From positions 1 to 64,000 of the forward strand of contig JBNKBE010000013.1 in assembly GCA_050287085.1 (NCBI GenBank): a DNA stretch of 64,000 bases, read 5' to 3'. The notes under the pieces are model-generated. The model worked only from the letters and a program-made list of their open reading frames with translations, had not been told where the DNA came from and did no database searches. A program made the translations under genes and the position numbers. This stretch comes from Polyangiaceae bacterium. Its GTDB lineage: Bacteria > Myxococcota_A > Polyangia > Polyangiales > Polyangiaceae. Position 1 is the first letter of the stretch, and the number at the start of each line of letters is the position of its first letter. This document shows, one piece after another, positions 1 through 11,876 of the stretch.

Positions 1-418
1 CCTTCATGTCGGGGGCCTCGCCGTCGGCGTAGCGCCTTCGGACCGGGCCGGTCTTGATGCGGCCCTTCCTCGCCCCACGGATCTTCCAGATCAGGTAGCG
101 CCGGTCGCTCGAGCCGGTGTCGCGCCCGACAACCTCGGTGTAGAGCTGCTGCAGCTCACGGGCCGAGAGCTTGGTGAGCTTGGGCTCTCCGTTCGTAGTC
201 GCGGGCTCCGCGGCAGTGGCCTCGGTCTCCTCGACCGCGCCGGCCATCTCGGCGGCCTCCTGCTCCTGGGCTTCGAGTGCCTCGGCGATGCGGCGCAGCA
301 GGAACTTCTTGTTCGGCGACCGCTTGGCCTCGCCAGCGATGTCGTGGAACCGGGCCTGCAGCTCGGGCAGGCGAAGCTCCTCCATGATGCGCATCCGCTT
401 CTTGTTCTCTTTGTTCAT
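1..418 (-). CDS. Phage-associated hypothetical protein with two DUF2924-like helical motifs (partial, runs off window)
   Basis: Manual translation MNKENKKRMRIMEELRLPELQARFHDIAGEAKRSPNKKFLLRRIAEAL...KLSARELQQLYTEVVGRDTGSSDRRYLIWKI; GGAGGA RBS upstream of ATG 418. Confidence 0.55.
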   Translation of the reverse strand, partial: MNKENKKRMRIMEELRLPELQARFHDIAGEAKRSPNKKFLLRRIAEALEAQEQEAAEMAGAVEETEATAAEPATTNGEPKLTKLSARELQQLYTEVVGRDTGSSDRRYLIWKIRGARKGRIKTGPVRRRYADGEAPDMK

Positions 419-492
419 CTTGTCCTCCGGTGTGGTTGGGCCCGGAGGCTCCCGCCGGACCACCCGGCGAGCACCACCGGGCGGTCTGCCTG

Positions 493-794
493 TCAGTCCC
501 CGCGCTTGGCGAGGTGTTTGAAGGAGTCGAGGTCGATGGCGCGCGGGTCGCTGGAGACGAAGCTGAAGCGCTCCTCCTTCTCAATCCATGGCTGCACCTC
601 GACTCGGTCGTCAGCCGTGACCCCGCCGCGGCGGGCGATGTCCTCTTCGTCGGTGAGGTAGCCGTCGTCGGCGTCGGCGTCGTAGTCGCCCTTGGCCGCG
701 TTCTTGTCACCGCGATGATGCGGACTTGGTGGCCACGCAGATACCGGTGTTCGTTGCCGTGGTAGGTGGTGACCGTGCCGAGCGTCTTCTTCAT
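493..794 (-). pseudogene. Frameshifted phage hypothetical protein
   Basis: RBS GGAGGA + ATG 794 gives [29 protein letters not shown]; the sequence continues in another frame near 708 as KNAAKGDYD...FKHLAKRGD*. Confidence 0.55.
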
Positions 795-1004
795 CGCGTC
801 CTCCGTGTCGCCGGGACACCGCCCGGTCCCGATCGTGAGGACATACAGGCGTCGCTTTGCGAACACCTCAAGGCGATTCGACGCGGAATTCGACCTCTTT
901 TTGGGCGTCGGAAGCTCGCGAGAACTCGGGCGAATGTGGCCGCCAGATGTGGAGCGGGACCTGCATGTTGGCGATGACATCGGCCACATCCGCGACCTCG
1001 CCGA

Positions 1005-1235
1005 TCACCGCTCGTGCATGTCCTCGATCGCATCGCGCAACGCGACGAGGGCGGCCTCGACCTTCACGATGGCTACCGTCTGGGCCTCGGCGAGCTGGAC
1101 AATCTTTTCGTGCAGTGCCTTGAGCTCGCGGTCCTTCTTCTCGTTGATGCGCCAGAAGGCCCAGCCGAGCACGGCGACCAATCCCTAGGGACCGGTTGCT
1201 TGCGGCATCTGGGCGATAGACGAGAGGCCTTCCAT
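1005..1235 (-). pseudogene. Holin-like small membrane protein (BhlA/UviB-like) with in-frame TAG
   Basis: MEGLSSIAQMPQATGP*GLVAVLGWAFWRINEKKDRELKALHEKIVQLAE...; one TM helix plus coiled coil; directly downstream of the amidase; stop at 1185-1187. Confidence 0.6.
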
Positions 1236-1243
1236 GGGGACTC

Positions 1244-1990
1244 CTACGCGACCGCGTCGCTCATGAGGTCGGCGAGGTCGACGTACCGGCGAACGCCCGT
1301 CGCGCGGCGAATGGCTTCCTCGTAGGCGATGCACTCGGGCATGACCGCCTCGAGCCGTAGCCAGGCGTAGAGCGCGAGCCATGCCCCGTCGGCGTGGTGG
1401 AAGTACGTGTGCGCGTAGATGCCGGGTACGCGCTGGTCGCCGTCGGCGATGCGACTCATGGCGGGGCGGGTTCCCGAGATGCCGCGCCAGGTTCTGGGGA
1501 TCGACAGGCCCTCGAGGTCGCCGATCGACAGAAGTTGGACGAGCTGCGCAGTGGCTTCGGCCTGCTCCGGCGTCGGTACGACGTATCGGCGCTGGTGAGC
1601 CCAGGGGGCGTCGATGATGCGCTTCCAGGGGAGCTTCGCGCTCGCGTACTTCGGGTAGTAGGGGTTCACGACCTCGATGCCAACAGACGGTCCGTTGTGC
1701 CCGCCCGCGTGGGCGAGCCTGTCGCGGGCGAGGTCGCCGTGCTGCGTAACCTTGCCGTCCGGCCCAACGATGAGCTGCACGCCGAGCTTGCGCTTGAGCA
1801 GCACCTTCACCGTGGAGTCGACGCTGCGCGTGACCGTCTCGTGAAGGATGAGCTCGTTGACGATGCGCCCGGCGCGGTCTCGGCCGGCGAAGCGCGTGAC
1901 CTCTGGATCGCGGTAGTTGCAAACGCGGACGCCTACCGGCACAGCAACGTCCGCCCCAGCCACGATGAGCGTATCGACGGCTTCGCTCAC
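1244..1990 (-). CDS. N-acetylmuramoyl-L-alanine amidase (Amidase_2-type endolysin)
   Basis: [21 protein letters not shown] and GIYAH motifs; GTG start at 1990 overlaps the upstream stop. Confidence 0.8.
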   Translation of the reverse strand: MSEAVDTLIVAGADVAVPVGVRVCNYRDPEVTRFAGRDRAGRIVNELILHETVTRSVDSTVKVLLKRKLGVQLIVGPDGKVTQHGDLARDRLAHAGGHNGPSVGIEVVNPYYPKYASAKLPWKRIIDAPWAHQRRYVVPTPEQAEATAQLVQLLSIGDLEGLSIPRTWRGISGTRPAMSRIADGDQRVPGIYAHTYFHHADGAWLALYAWLRLEAVMPECIAYEEAIRRATGVRRYVDLADLMSDAVA

Positions 1991-2317
1991 TGGCCGCCTC
2001 CCTGCTGAGCGTTCTTGTTGGGCCGCTGCAGCTTCATGCCGCCCGGGAACCACTGCTGCATCGTTTCGTCGGTGGGCTCCTTGTTGAGCAGCGTCGCCGG
2101 GTCGAGCTCGTTCAAAAGTCGGCCGGCGCGAACCATCTGGCCGTGGAGCTTGTCGACCAGCAGCTTGTGCTTGTGCCCGAAGCTGCCCTGCGACGGATAC
2201 TCGGGCTCGTCGTCGGCGGAGTGGACCCGCTGGAACGATTTCGAGCTTGGCGGGTGCCGGAGGAGCGGTAGTGGTCCCCCAACGCGGTACTGTTGGTTCC
2301 TGTCGCAGCGGGCAGCC
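1987..2317 (-). pseudogene. 3' fragment of a phage protein, truncated by the AbiE insertion
   Basis: Open frame with GC3-biased codons ending ...AQQGGGQ*, overlapping the amidase start; no credible 5' end. Confidence 0.4.
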
Positions 2318-2384
2318 TGATTCCGCATGATATTGTAACCACAAGAGAATCTGAGCGGTCGCTTGCGCCAAGCCCGTTTTAACC

Positions 2385-2411
2385 GTATCTTTTCTACCGG
2401 AGAATAAATAC
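2385..2411. promoter_or_regulatory. Imperfect inverted repeat, candidate AbiEi operator
   Basis: GTATCTTTTCT-ACCGG-AGAATAAATAC (9/11 arm match) directly before ATG 2413; AbiEi antitoxins are known to autorepress via inverted repeats. Confidence 0.4.
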
Positions 2412-2412
2412 C

Positions 2413-2994
2413 ATGACCGCTGCCACTCAACCGACGTTCGAGCCTGGTCGGGTGTATCGCACCCGGGAGCTTCACCGCTGGAGCGCCAATGCTCCACGAC
2501 TCGCCCAGCGGCTCGTCCGAGACGGGCAGCTCATTCAGCTGGCACACGGCCTCTTCGCTGCGCCAAGAAGAAGCCGTTTCGGAGCAGTGCCCCCGACCGA
2601 TGATGCGCTGCTCCGCGCTTTCCTCGATGACGGGCCGTTCGTGTTTACAGGCCCGGAGCACTGGAACGCCCTCGGTCTCGGGACGACAGCGGTGTTTGCG
2701 ACGCCGCTCGTGTACAACACCAAGCGCTCGGGTCGCTTCACCTTTGGCGATCGGCAGTTTCTGCTGCGTCGAGTTGCCTTCCCCAAGACGCCGTCACCGG
2801 AGTGGTTGGTTGTGGACCTATTTGAAAATGCTGAGCAAGCGGCGGCTTCACGGGAGAAGCTGCAGGAGGCCCTGGAGGCAGCGTTGCGCGCCGGCAAATT
2901 CGACCGCGCGGAGCTCGCGTCAATGGCAAGCCGCTACGGCACACGGCGCACGCAGGCGCTCGTGAATTCGGCTCTTGGGGCGTCTGCCGCATGA
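2413..2994 (+). CDS. Type IV TA antitoxin, AbiEi-like
   Basis: N-terminal wHTH ([19 protein letters not shown]), WNALGLGTT motif; ATGA overlap with the AbiEii-like gene. Confidence 0.7.
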   Translation: MTAATQPTFEPGRVYRTRELHRWSANAPRLAQRLVRDGQLIQLAHGLFAAPRRSRFGAVPPTDDALLRAFLDDGPFVFTGPEHWNALGLGTTAVFATPLVYNTKRSGRFTFGDRQFLLRRVAFPKTPSPEWLVVDLFENAEQAAASREKLQEALEAALRAGKFDRAELASMASRYGTRRTQALVNSALGASAA

Positions 2995-3834
2995 GCTTCG
3001 TCCACGATGACGCCGACTTCGACGCGCTGCTGCAGATCGTTGCCGGGGCTCGTGGGATCGGTGTTGCACTCGTCGAGAAGGATTACTGGGTCACGCACAC
3101 CCTGTGGGCGCTGCACGAGCAGGGCTTCGACATGGAAAAGCGAGGGCACCAAGGCTACGGCCGAGCGTAAGGCTTACTTCAACGCGCTTGCCGACCTTCT
3201 TTTGGTGGCCGGCGCGAAGGTAAATCTTGAAAGCGCGCTCGACAGAACCTTTCGGAGCGCAAACCTCCAGGTTGCTTATCCAGGCAAACATCTGGGCGCA
3301 CTCACGTCCGTCTTGCGACCCTTCGTGCTCCTCGAGATCGGTAGCGCCCGGGTGACCCCGTCCGTGGAGCGCGACATGACCTCATTTGTGCACGAGCACC
3401 TTGAGGAACTGGGACAGCTCGGCGACTTTGACGACAATCGTCCGAGGGCCGTCCGGTGCGTGCATCCACTTGTCACACTGCTTGAGAAGCTCGATGCGCT
3501 GATGCGCCGTCTCCCTCGCGGGGAGGCTACGCCTGCGACCTTCGTGCGTCATTTCGAGGATGCGGCTCGCATCGTGAGAGCCAGAGCCACCCTGCCACAG
3601 CTTTCCGATTATCCGACCGTGCGTGCACTGGCTGGCGAGATGCTGGCCCAGAAGCAGATCGCTTTGCTTCCGACGTCGACGCACCCGGCATTCGTCCCAG
3701 TGGATACCGATCGCTGGCATGACGTGCAAAGGGCTCACGACGCGATTGATCCCATGTTTTGGGGGCCGCGTCTCTCGCTTGAGGACGCCTGCAGGGATGT
3801 TCGCGGCTGGCTCGACGCCGAGGTCAGCCCGTGA
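2991..3834 (+). pseudogene. AbiEii/AbiGii nucleotidyltransferase toxin with internal deletion and frameshift
   Basis: ATG 2991 gives MSFVHDD...LVEKDYWVTHTLWAL; frame changes near 3131; GGT/RFSED.D motif absent; C-terminal TLLEKL and RHFED present. Confidence 0.8.
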
Positions 3835-4070
3835 ACAAGCTCCCGCCCGCGATCGCGGCGGAGGTCGAGCGGTACCTCCGCACCGGTGAGACTGACCCTC
3901 ACCACGCAGCGTGGCCGGGTGACGGCTTCATGGAGCGCGCGAACCGCGCCCACGACGACCTCCGTGGCGCCCTTGTTCGAGAGGTCCACCGACTTGCCGA
4001 GGGACTCGCCCATGAGCCGCTACCGCAGGTCGACACCGTCGAGCTCACTCGCGGCAAGGTCGAACCCCAG
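3831..4070 (+). pseudogene. 5' fragment of a hypothetical protein
   Basis: GTG overlaps the toxin stop; coding-like to ...RGKVEP, then composition changes abruptly. Confidence 0.35.
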
Positions 4071-4309
4071 CCTCCGAGTAGATCGCGTCTGCCCGAAGCT
4101 ACCAATGAGGGGGTGCGCCCAGGGCGTTGACCCACGAGGTCGCCTGATTTCCCCGCTCCATGCTGGACGGCGCGAACGCAGAGAGCCGTCCCGTGCGGGC
4201 GCGCTCAAGCACCAGGAATCTCGGCCTTTCGTTCTCTAGTGGACGGTGCGATTCTCGGCGGCGTGTCCCGCAGAACGCCCCAGAGAGTGGTTTGCAAGCC
4301 GCTCCACCT

Positions 4310-4463
4310 GGGGAGCCAGCTGCACCAGGCGCTCGGCCCCGAAGTCCCCCTGCGGACCCTGCAGCGCCGAATGCAGAAGCTCGCCCGGCGTGGCCTGCTC
4401 GAGAAACATGGCACCAGGAAGGATGCCTTCTACCGGCTGCCGCTGAGAGGCCCGATTCCTTAA
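4310..4463 (+). pseudogene. C-terminal winged-helix fragment
   Basis: LHQALGPEVPLRTLQRRMQKLARRGLLEKHGTRKDAFYRLP*; no N-terminal part. Confidence 0.4.
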
Positions 4464-4800
4464 CGTCTTTTATCCACCACTCAGGTGGCGCTATGACTTG
4501 TCCCGAGAAGGACGCAGCTGATCACCCTGGCGTGAACACCCAGCATCGTGTCGATGTCGATGCCTGCTCGTCGAGCCAGCTCGACCAGCAGCTGGCCGTC
4601 GATCCATGCCTCCAATGCCCGGGTGAACTCCGAGCGCGAAGGCGGCGCATCCCGGTACGCCTCCTTGACCGCTTCAGCCACCTCCGGGAGGTTCCGTGCC
4701 CACGTCAGCAGCGCCTCCGCTAGCTCCGGGTCCGTTGCGGCCTCGCCGTCTTGCCAGCGCCGGTCGGCATCTGGATGGAGAATGACGCCGCGCCTCCCAG

Positions 4801-5292
<492 letters not shown>

Positions 5293-5301
5293 GCAGGCGA
5301 G

Positions 5302-5590
5302 CTACTCTGTCGCCTTCAAGAGCCACGCTTGCGTGCGCTCGTCGAGCGCGTCCAGTACCGTCGCGAAGTCTTCGGGCACGCGGTCCTGCGCGCCCTGTCG
5401 CTCGCGCCACGTCGCCCAGCGTGCCTGAGCCTCGTTGGGCATCCCGTCGAGCACCTTGCCGAGAGGCTGTAGCGGGACACCTCGATACGTGGCGACCGCA
5501 CGCAACGCCTCGATGATCTCATCGTCGACCAGGTCGCCGGGCACGAGCATGAACAGATCGGCGAAGTCTCGAAGGCGACGCCCTCTTGAG
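5302..5590 (-). pseudogene. 3' fragment of a second AbiEii-family nucleotidyltransferase
   Basis: R.RDFADL motif followed by EALRAVATYRG..L and AQARWATW, typical of the AbiEii C-terminus. Confidence 0.6.
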
Positions 5591-5626
5591 GGCGTCGCCA
5601 AGGAAGCCGGATCTACGCCATCAAGC

Positions 5627-6406
5627 TTATGGCCGGGCATTGGCACGAATGGCCGCAGACAACCAATTCGTGAGTCCCGGAGCATATTTGTCGATGTTCT
5701 CTGCGAATCTAGCGTCGGCCTCGTACATATCGGCGAGTCCAGCATGCATCTCTGGCGCGCAGGGATAGAACCAGCGGTCAATAGAAAGTCGGTGGCGCTC
5801 CGCGACGGCCATTGCCTCGTCACCATCGGCGGGCACGCCCGAGCGAAAGAGCTGCGCCGCGTCAGTCATGATTGCATCGGCCTCGGCCTTGTACCGTTCC
5901 CAGTCGGCCTTCGTGTACCGACTCGTGCGGCCCGCGGATTTCTTGTACGCGTCGGTACTGCCCCAGCGCTCCTTCACCTCGTCCTCGTACTGCGAGGGGT
6001 CGAAGCCATCAAACAGCGCGGAAACTTCGTTCTCGTTCATCTCCTTCACGGTCTTTTCTCCTTTGTTCGCTAGCGCAGCGAGAGCTGCGTCGATGGCGCG
6101 GAGCATTGCGGCCGCACGCTCAGCGCGGGCCGCGATCTCCTTGCGTTGCCTTTCGAGAGCTGCACGTCGGTCGAACTTCGGGTCGTCGAGCGACCGTTTG
6201 ATCTCCTCGAGCGGCATTCCGAGTTCACGTCCGATGAGGATCTGCTGAAGCCGCAGCAGGTCTTCATCGTTGTATATTCGGTATCCTGCCGTCGTACGGC
6301 TCGATGGAACGAGCAGACCGATCTCATCGTAGTGGTGGAGCGCACGCACCGATACGCCTGCGATGCGCGCCACCTCCTTCACCTGATATCTTCGTCCGTT
6401 CGCCAC
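5627..6406 (-). CDS. MerR-family regulator with TipAS antibiotic-binding domain (TipA-like)
   Basis: VARIAGVSVRALHHYDEIGLL MerR HTH; YEDEVKERWG, WFYPC and LADMYEADARF TipAS motifs. Confidence 0.9.
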   Translation of the reverse strand: MANGRRYQVKEVARIAGVSVRALHHYDEIGLLVPSSRTTAGYRIYNDEDLLRLQQILIGRELGMPLEEIKRSLDDPKFDRRAALERQRKEIAARAERAAAMLRAIDAALAALANKGEKTVKEMNENEVSALFDGFDPSQYEDEVKERWGSTDAYKKSAGRTSRYTKADWERYKAEADAIMTDAAQLFRSGVPADGDEAMAVAERHRLSIDRWFYPCAPEMHAGLADMYEADARFAENIDKYAPGLTNWLSAAIRANARP

Positions 6407-6413
6407 GATGGAG

Positions 6414-6444
6414 AATCTACGGCCTCACGCCGCGTGAGGGTCAA
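6414..6444 (-). promoter_or_regulatory. MerR-type promoter with 19-bp spacer and dyad operator
   Basis: Minus strand TTGACC-N19-TAGATT; dyad CCTCACGC-n-GCGTGAGG at 6423-6439. Confidence 0.85.
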
Positions 6445-6493
6445 GGCACAAAATGGTCTCGCTCGATGGAGCCCCCCACGATGCGTTCTGATG

Positions 6494-7065
6494 TTACGCG
6501 GACAGCGTCAGAGACACCTCCTCCACGCTGCCGGTGGCTGAAGAACGCCCCGATTCCCGCACCCTGACGCGCAGCTCCAGCGTGGCGTCCGAGCGCTGGA
6601 CCTGGACGCTTGCCAGCTCGGGGGCGTGGCGATGACGCGATTGTCGGGCGGATCCTTCTGTTGCTTCTTCGGGGACCTCGCTCTCGCCCTTCGGCTTCCC
6701 CCACTGGGCGCTGAGGTAGTACGGCGCGTCCACGTCGCCCTGGTTGAAGAAGAGCGCGACCTCGGCGCCTTCCTCAGGTACCGCGAAGAAGCCGTGGTCC
6801 TTCATGCCGCCGCCCGAAGTGCCGAGCGGCCAGGCCCGGGCGCTGAACGGCTCCCGCACACCGGGGACACAGATGCGCACGCGCCCGAGCCCCTCCGGGT
6901 CCTTTCGGTCGGCAATGTAGCCGACGTACATGCCCAACAGGCCGCTCTCGGGGTCGACTACCTCGACCTGGGTCATCTCGCTGTCGTTGCGAGGCTGGGA
7001 CGTGTTGCGCGAGCCGCCTTGCTGGCGCTGCGACTGAGCGACGGCGCGGGCACGAGTGCCATCAG
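6494..7065 (-). pseudogene. Deletion chimera: gpD-like tail end + baseplate spike gpV (Gp5 OB fold) N-terminus + gp25-like C-terminus
   Basis: [14 protein letters not shown]...AWP...[27 protein letters not shown] is the gpV/VgrG OB fold. Identity of the flanking segments is inferred from gene order. Confidence 0.7.
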
Positions 7066-7619
7066 GACGACTCTGATAGTGCCCCGATGAGCTTCCGTAG
7101 GCCAGGCGCTGCGAATCCGGCCGTCTTCTTCGGTGCAAACGCACCCACCACGAGCGCGCCAATGATGAACGCCAGGACGGCTCCGGCATCGTGCTCAGAT
7201 AGCCGCCCGCCTGATCGACGGCGGATTGTCCCGATTTCGGCGTCGATCAGACCCCGGACCTGACGAAAGAGGCTCCGCGTCCGAATTGCTTCCGCGAAGA
7301 GCCCCACCCAGCAGCGAGCCGCAGTCACGTCGGCATGTTCATCTAGCTTCAGCGCCCCGTCCGCATACGCGAGCAGCGGACCTTCTCGTTCTTCGTAGGC
7401 ATGCACGCGAGCCCGAAAACCGGAGACCAGGTCCCGAAGCAGCGCATCAAGCATTTCCTGCTTGTTCTTGAAGTGGTGATGCATGAGTCCTGGTGCAACG
7501 CCGGCCTCGGTCGCCACCGCCGCGATGGTCGCGCCCGCGTATCCGTGATCGGCGAGAACGGCGGCAAATGCTCGAAGGATCTGCGCCCGCCGCTCGGAGC
7601 GATTGCTCGGTCTGCCCAT
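7062..7619 (-). CDS. TetR-family transcriptional regulator (BetI-like)
   Basis: [34 protein letters not shown]. Confidence 0.9.
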   Translation of the reverse strand: MGRPSNRSERRAQILRAFAAVLADHGYAGATIAAVATEAGVAPGLMHHHFKNKQEMLDALLRDLVSGFRARVHAYEEREGPLLAYADGALKLDEHADVTAARCWVGLFAEAIRTRSLFRQVRGLIDAEIGTIRRRSGGRLSEHDAGAVLAFIIGALVVGAFAPKKTAGFAAPGLRKLIGALSESS

Positions 7620-7622
7620 AGT

Positions 7623-7648
7623 TTGGTTGTGTAACCAATTTATTGGTT
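7623..7648. promoter_or_regulatory. Overlapping palindromes, candidate TetR operator
   Basis: TTGGTT-GTGT-AACCAA (7623-7638) and AACCAA-TTTA-TTGGTT (7633-7648) directly upstream of the TetR start. Confidence 0.55.
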
Positions 7649-7697
7649 CGATGCTAGGGGCATGAAGAGACGTCAGGGTTCCAAGGAAGCAGCGGAG

Positions 7698-7945
7698 ATG
7701 CGGCAGTCTTTTGCGGACGCCTGGTGCCAGCTAGGCGCGCGACATGTGCCGGATTTCTCAGAACTCCTCGCGCGTTACTCGGAACCAGGCCGGGCCCATT
7801 ACACGGCGCCGACTTTGTTCAAAGCCCAGGCCGATGCGAGCCGCCTACCGAACGGTCCTACCGAGCGCATCGTCGAGCGTCTCGAAGCTCAGGCGCGCAC
7901 GAACTTGTCGCGAGCACTCCGGGCATTGCGCAGCGTCGACCGTAC
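7698..7945 (+). pseudogene. Collapsed COG4339-like HD-domain protein
   Basis: N-terminal LLARYSEPGRAHY and C-terminal LEAQARTNL lie only about 25 codons apart; HD core missing. Confidence 0.5.
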
Positions 7946-7958
7946 GGGGGGAGCACTG

Positions 7959-8516
7959 ATGGAAACTTCGCGCGTTGCTACGACCAGAAATCGCCTTGTT
8001 GGCTACACGATGTTGGTCGTTCTTGCTGCGGGCATCTTCTGGTTCCTCTGGCATCACCCTTGGGAGACCGTTGCCACCATACTGCTGGCGCCGCTCTCGT
8101 ACTTCCCGTTGGCGATGGGGCTCTTCCCGGGCGTCTGGCGGCGCAGCTCCGACAAACTGCCGGCAGCGGAAGCCGATCTGGAGCGACGCCGCACGGTGTG
8201 GGGGGTCCTGTCGGAGCTGTACCTCGACACAGAGCTCGACGAGCGCGACAACGAGCGGATAGCAGGCGTGCTGGTCGCGAGCGGCTACGGCGCGGGGCAA
8301 CTCGAGGAGATTCTGTACCGGGAGCTCCACCCAGTACTGCACGCAAACCTCCTGAGCGTCGCCGGGGAGTGGGCGGGGTTCGACCTGGAATGGCTTGAGG
8401 AGCAGATCCGCCGAAGAGGTCCCCGTCGCTCGAGCGTCGCCGTCATCCCGGGGAAGTGGATGGTACGAGGTAGTTGGGAAGCCATCGAAGCAAAGCTACG
8501 AGGGACCCGAGCGTGA
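7959..8516 (+). CDS. Membrane-anchored hypothetical protein (DUF7079-like domain)
   Basis: Two N-terminal TM helices; RRTVWGVLSELYLDTEL and NLLSVAGEWAGFD motifs. Confidence 0.6.
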   Translation: METSRVATTRNRLVGYTMLVVLAAGIFWFLWHHPWETVATILLAPLSYFPLAMGLFPGVWRRSSDKLPAAEADLERRRTVWGVLSELYLDTELDERDNERIAGVLVASGYGAGQLEEILYRELHPVLHANLLSVAGEWAGFDLEWLEEQIRRRGPRRSSVAVIPGKWMVRGSWEAIEAKLRGTRA

Positions 8517-8734
8517 CCGAACACAAGGCACTGGTGCCACCCGCGATGGTTCCACTCGAACGCCTCAGCATCGAGCCGATGGCAAACGGATGGAGCTGCA
8601 TCCTGCTGACTGAGGCCATCGCTTGGGAGGAGTTCCCGGCGTATGCATCCGCCATTGCTCGGATGGTCGGAGGCCGACTTTGCCAGGTCGTTGATGGGCC
8701 GGACATCCGCATGCGCGGGTTGTCCTCAGCGTGA
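8513..8734 (+). pseudogene. Truncated hypothetical protein (DUF3630-like start)
   Basis: GTG overlaps the upstream stop; WEEFPAYA...VDGPDIRM then ends early. Confidence 0.35.
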
Positions 8735-8860
8735 CCATAGAGCCGCGTACCAAGCAGGCTCACAAAGCGATCGCTCGCCTGCACGATTGCCTTGATGCCC
8801 TGAAGCGATGCCCAAAGTCCTGACGTCGCGCCTTGAAGGCGCGTCGATCGAAAGCTGCGC

Positions 8861-9202
8861 TCACGCCACCTCCTTGCGCCCGGCCTCGCCGAGAATGACG
8901 TCGGTGAGCACTCGCCGGCTTGGGATGAACAGCCGCCAGCCCGATTCAATCACGAGGGTCGGGTCCACGATGGGATCCGGCTGAAAGTCGGCGGTGGCCC
9001 ACCAGTAGTCGCACGCCCGCGGCAGTGGCGCGAAGTAGCGGCCCTCCAGAGCCCGGAGCGTGTCGCCCTGCACGACCAGGTGCGTCCGGTTGTCGGCGTG
9101 GGCGCGATAGCGGTACGGCTCACGGTCGGTTAGAGCCAAGAGGCCGTCCTCGTCGCGAACGCCGAGAGCGAAGCCGTAGCGGGAGCCTACGCGCGGCGGC
9201 AC
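8861..9202 (-). CDS. LysM/tail protein X-like baseplate protein
   Basis: HLVVQGDTL...RYF...YWW..ADFQ..PIVDP...LFIPS; lies after the tape measure gene. Confidence 0.7.
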   Translation of the reverse strand: MPPRVGSRYGFALGVRDEDGLLALTDREPYRYRAHADNRTHLVVQGDTLRALEGRYFAPLPRACDYWWATADFQPDPIVDPTLVIESGWRLFIPSRRVLTDVILGEAGRKEVA

Positions 9203-9203
9203 G

Positions 9204-10356
<1,153 letters not shown>

Positions 10357-10359
10357 GGC

Positions 10360-10559
10360 CTACGACCTCCGCTTTCCGGCCTTCTCGATCTCCTTGGCCT
10401 CGCGAGAACGCTGATGACCGATGCGCTCGAGGAACCAGTCGCGGTCGGCGGTAGTCATGGCGAGCACCTCCGACAGGCTCGCCCCGAGGCCCGAGCCACC
10501 GTGCTCATGCCGGGGATTCGGCCACTGAGCCCCGACGGGCAGGTAATGGTCTCGGACAT
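10360..10559 (-). pseudogene. Collapsed tail assembly chaperone pair
   Basis: AGGAGG RBS + [18 protein letters not shown] joined out of frame near 10505 to HGGSGL...[17 protein letters not shown]; directly upstream of the tape measure gene. Confidence 0.55.
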
Positions 10560-10676
10560 CGGCGCGCACCTCCTGGAGATGGGTCTCCCAGGGAGGCAAA
10601 GCGCCGGGCGTCAGACGTGGGGACAAGACAGCGTCCGTGTTCAGTTCCCCCCAGGAGCGATGCTAAGGTGCCCGCA

Positions 10677-11039
10677 ATGAGTGGGTCTCGAACAAGCGAG
10701 GAGCAGGAGCGCATCTGCCGGGAACATCAGGTGGCTCCCGCGCCGCCCCTCGACGGCGAGAAGGCAGGCATCGCTCTGGCCACGCTCGACCAGGTCCCGC
10801 TCAACGGCCTGCGCCACCGCCCCGAGGCGGGGACAAGCGGCTGGTACATCTGGGGCGGCACCACAATGAGCGAGGCCACGGACTTCTTCGATCCACTCCA
10901 CCACCAGCACATGGCCGAGTACTGCCCGGCGGCGCTGCCGTTCCTTGCGTTGCCCCCGGGTTGGCGTTTCCTCGTCGCCCCGGGCCAAGTGGACGTCTGG
11001 TTTGACCCTGAGCTACTCGAGGAGGAGGCTGATGGATAG
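10677..11039 (+). CDS. Immunity protein, Imm33-like
   Basis: PLNGLRH...TSGWYIWGG...DFFDPLH...[11 protein letters not shown]. Confidence 0.75.
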   Translation: MSGSRTSEEQERICREHQVAPAPPLDGEKAGIALATLDQVPLNGLRHRPEAGTSGWYIWGGTTMSEATDFFDPLHHQHMAEYCPAALPFLALPPGWRFLVAPGQVDVWFDPELLEEEADG

Positions 11040-11454
11040 CCGACTCCTCGATCTCAAACGATCTTTTGGCGCCCACTGTCGGCGACTCGACACTGGCGAC
11101 GGATACGCCTCGTGGTTAAAAACGACCCCGGCGCACGATGGCAGCCCGCACATCGAGCTGATTGGGGACACCTTCCAATACGTCGTCACCGAGCGTGGAT
11201 CGGAGTTCGAGCGCCGGCAGACCGAAGACGCAGACGTCGTACTCTATTGGCTGCTGTCCGATGTCACCTCCAACATGGCTCTGAAGTTCGAGCTCCACAA
11301 CAGAAGGCAGGGCGAGGACTCTCGCCGCCAGTACTTCGCTGAGCAGGAGCGGCTGTTGCGGATCCTCCGAGCCGATTGGGCAGACGCCTTCGCAGAGCGG
11401 ATTCGAGACATCTTGAAGACCCATCCCTTCGACGACGCTGGAGAGTCAGGGTGA
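11032..11454 (+). CDS. Immunity protein, Imm63 family
   Basis: DGSPHIE...YVVTERGSEFERRQT.D...LYW...EDSRR..FAEQ; GGAGG RBS. Confidence 0.8.
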   Translation: MDSRLLDLKRSFGAHCRRLDTGDGYASWLKTTPAHDGSPHIELIGDTFQYVVTERGSEFERRQTEDADVVLYWLLSDVTSNMALKFELHNRRQGEDSRRQYFAEQERLLRILRADWADAFAERIRDILKTHPFDDAGESG

Positions 11455-11876
11455 CGGCACCTCGATCAGAACCCTACCGCCTCGACGAGCTTGCAAAGCT
11501 CGCTTCCGAGCAAGGGCTAGAGTGGCGCCGGGTCGACGACAACCGCCTCGATGTGACGGTGGCAACCGATGTGGTCCTCGCGTTCTGCAATCTGGTGGAC
11601 GAGAACGACACGCTGGTCGGGTTCGATGGCACCCCCTGGCACTCCCACGGTGTCGTCCAGTTCATGACCGGCGCTAGCACCTACATCGAGTGCGACGAGC
11701 TCGACATACTTATCGGTCTCGCATCCGGCGACCTGGTCGTCGTCACCCAGTACCTGCATGGCGAGCTGAAGGACCGTTGGATCGCCCACAAGGACGAGCC
11801 GCTCGATCTCCAGTACATCGAGGCCGGCGAGGAGTTGCGGGTCGTGCGCCTGAGCGCCCATGAGGTGCCAACGTGA
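11451..11876 (+). CDS. Hypothetical acidic protein
   Basis: GTGA overlaps at both ends; GC3-biased codons. Confidence 0.6.
   Translation: MTAPRSEPYRLDELAKLASEQGLEWRRVDDNRLDVTVATDVVLAFCNLVDENDTLVGFDGTPWHSHGVVQFMTGASTYIECDELDILIGLASGDLVVVTQYLHGELKDRWIAHKDEPLDLQYIEAGEELRVVRLSAHEVPT

Noticed and set aside
1185..1187. TAG readthrough (recoding or pyrrolysine) in the holin
   Set aside because: TAG is an ordinary stop elsewhere (e.g. 1244, 11039) and the neighbouring genes are decayed.
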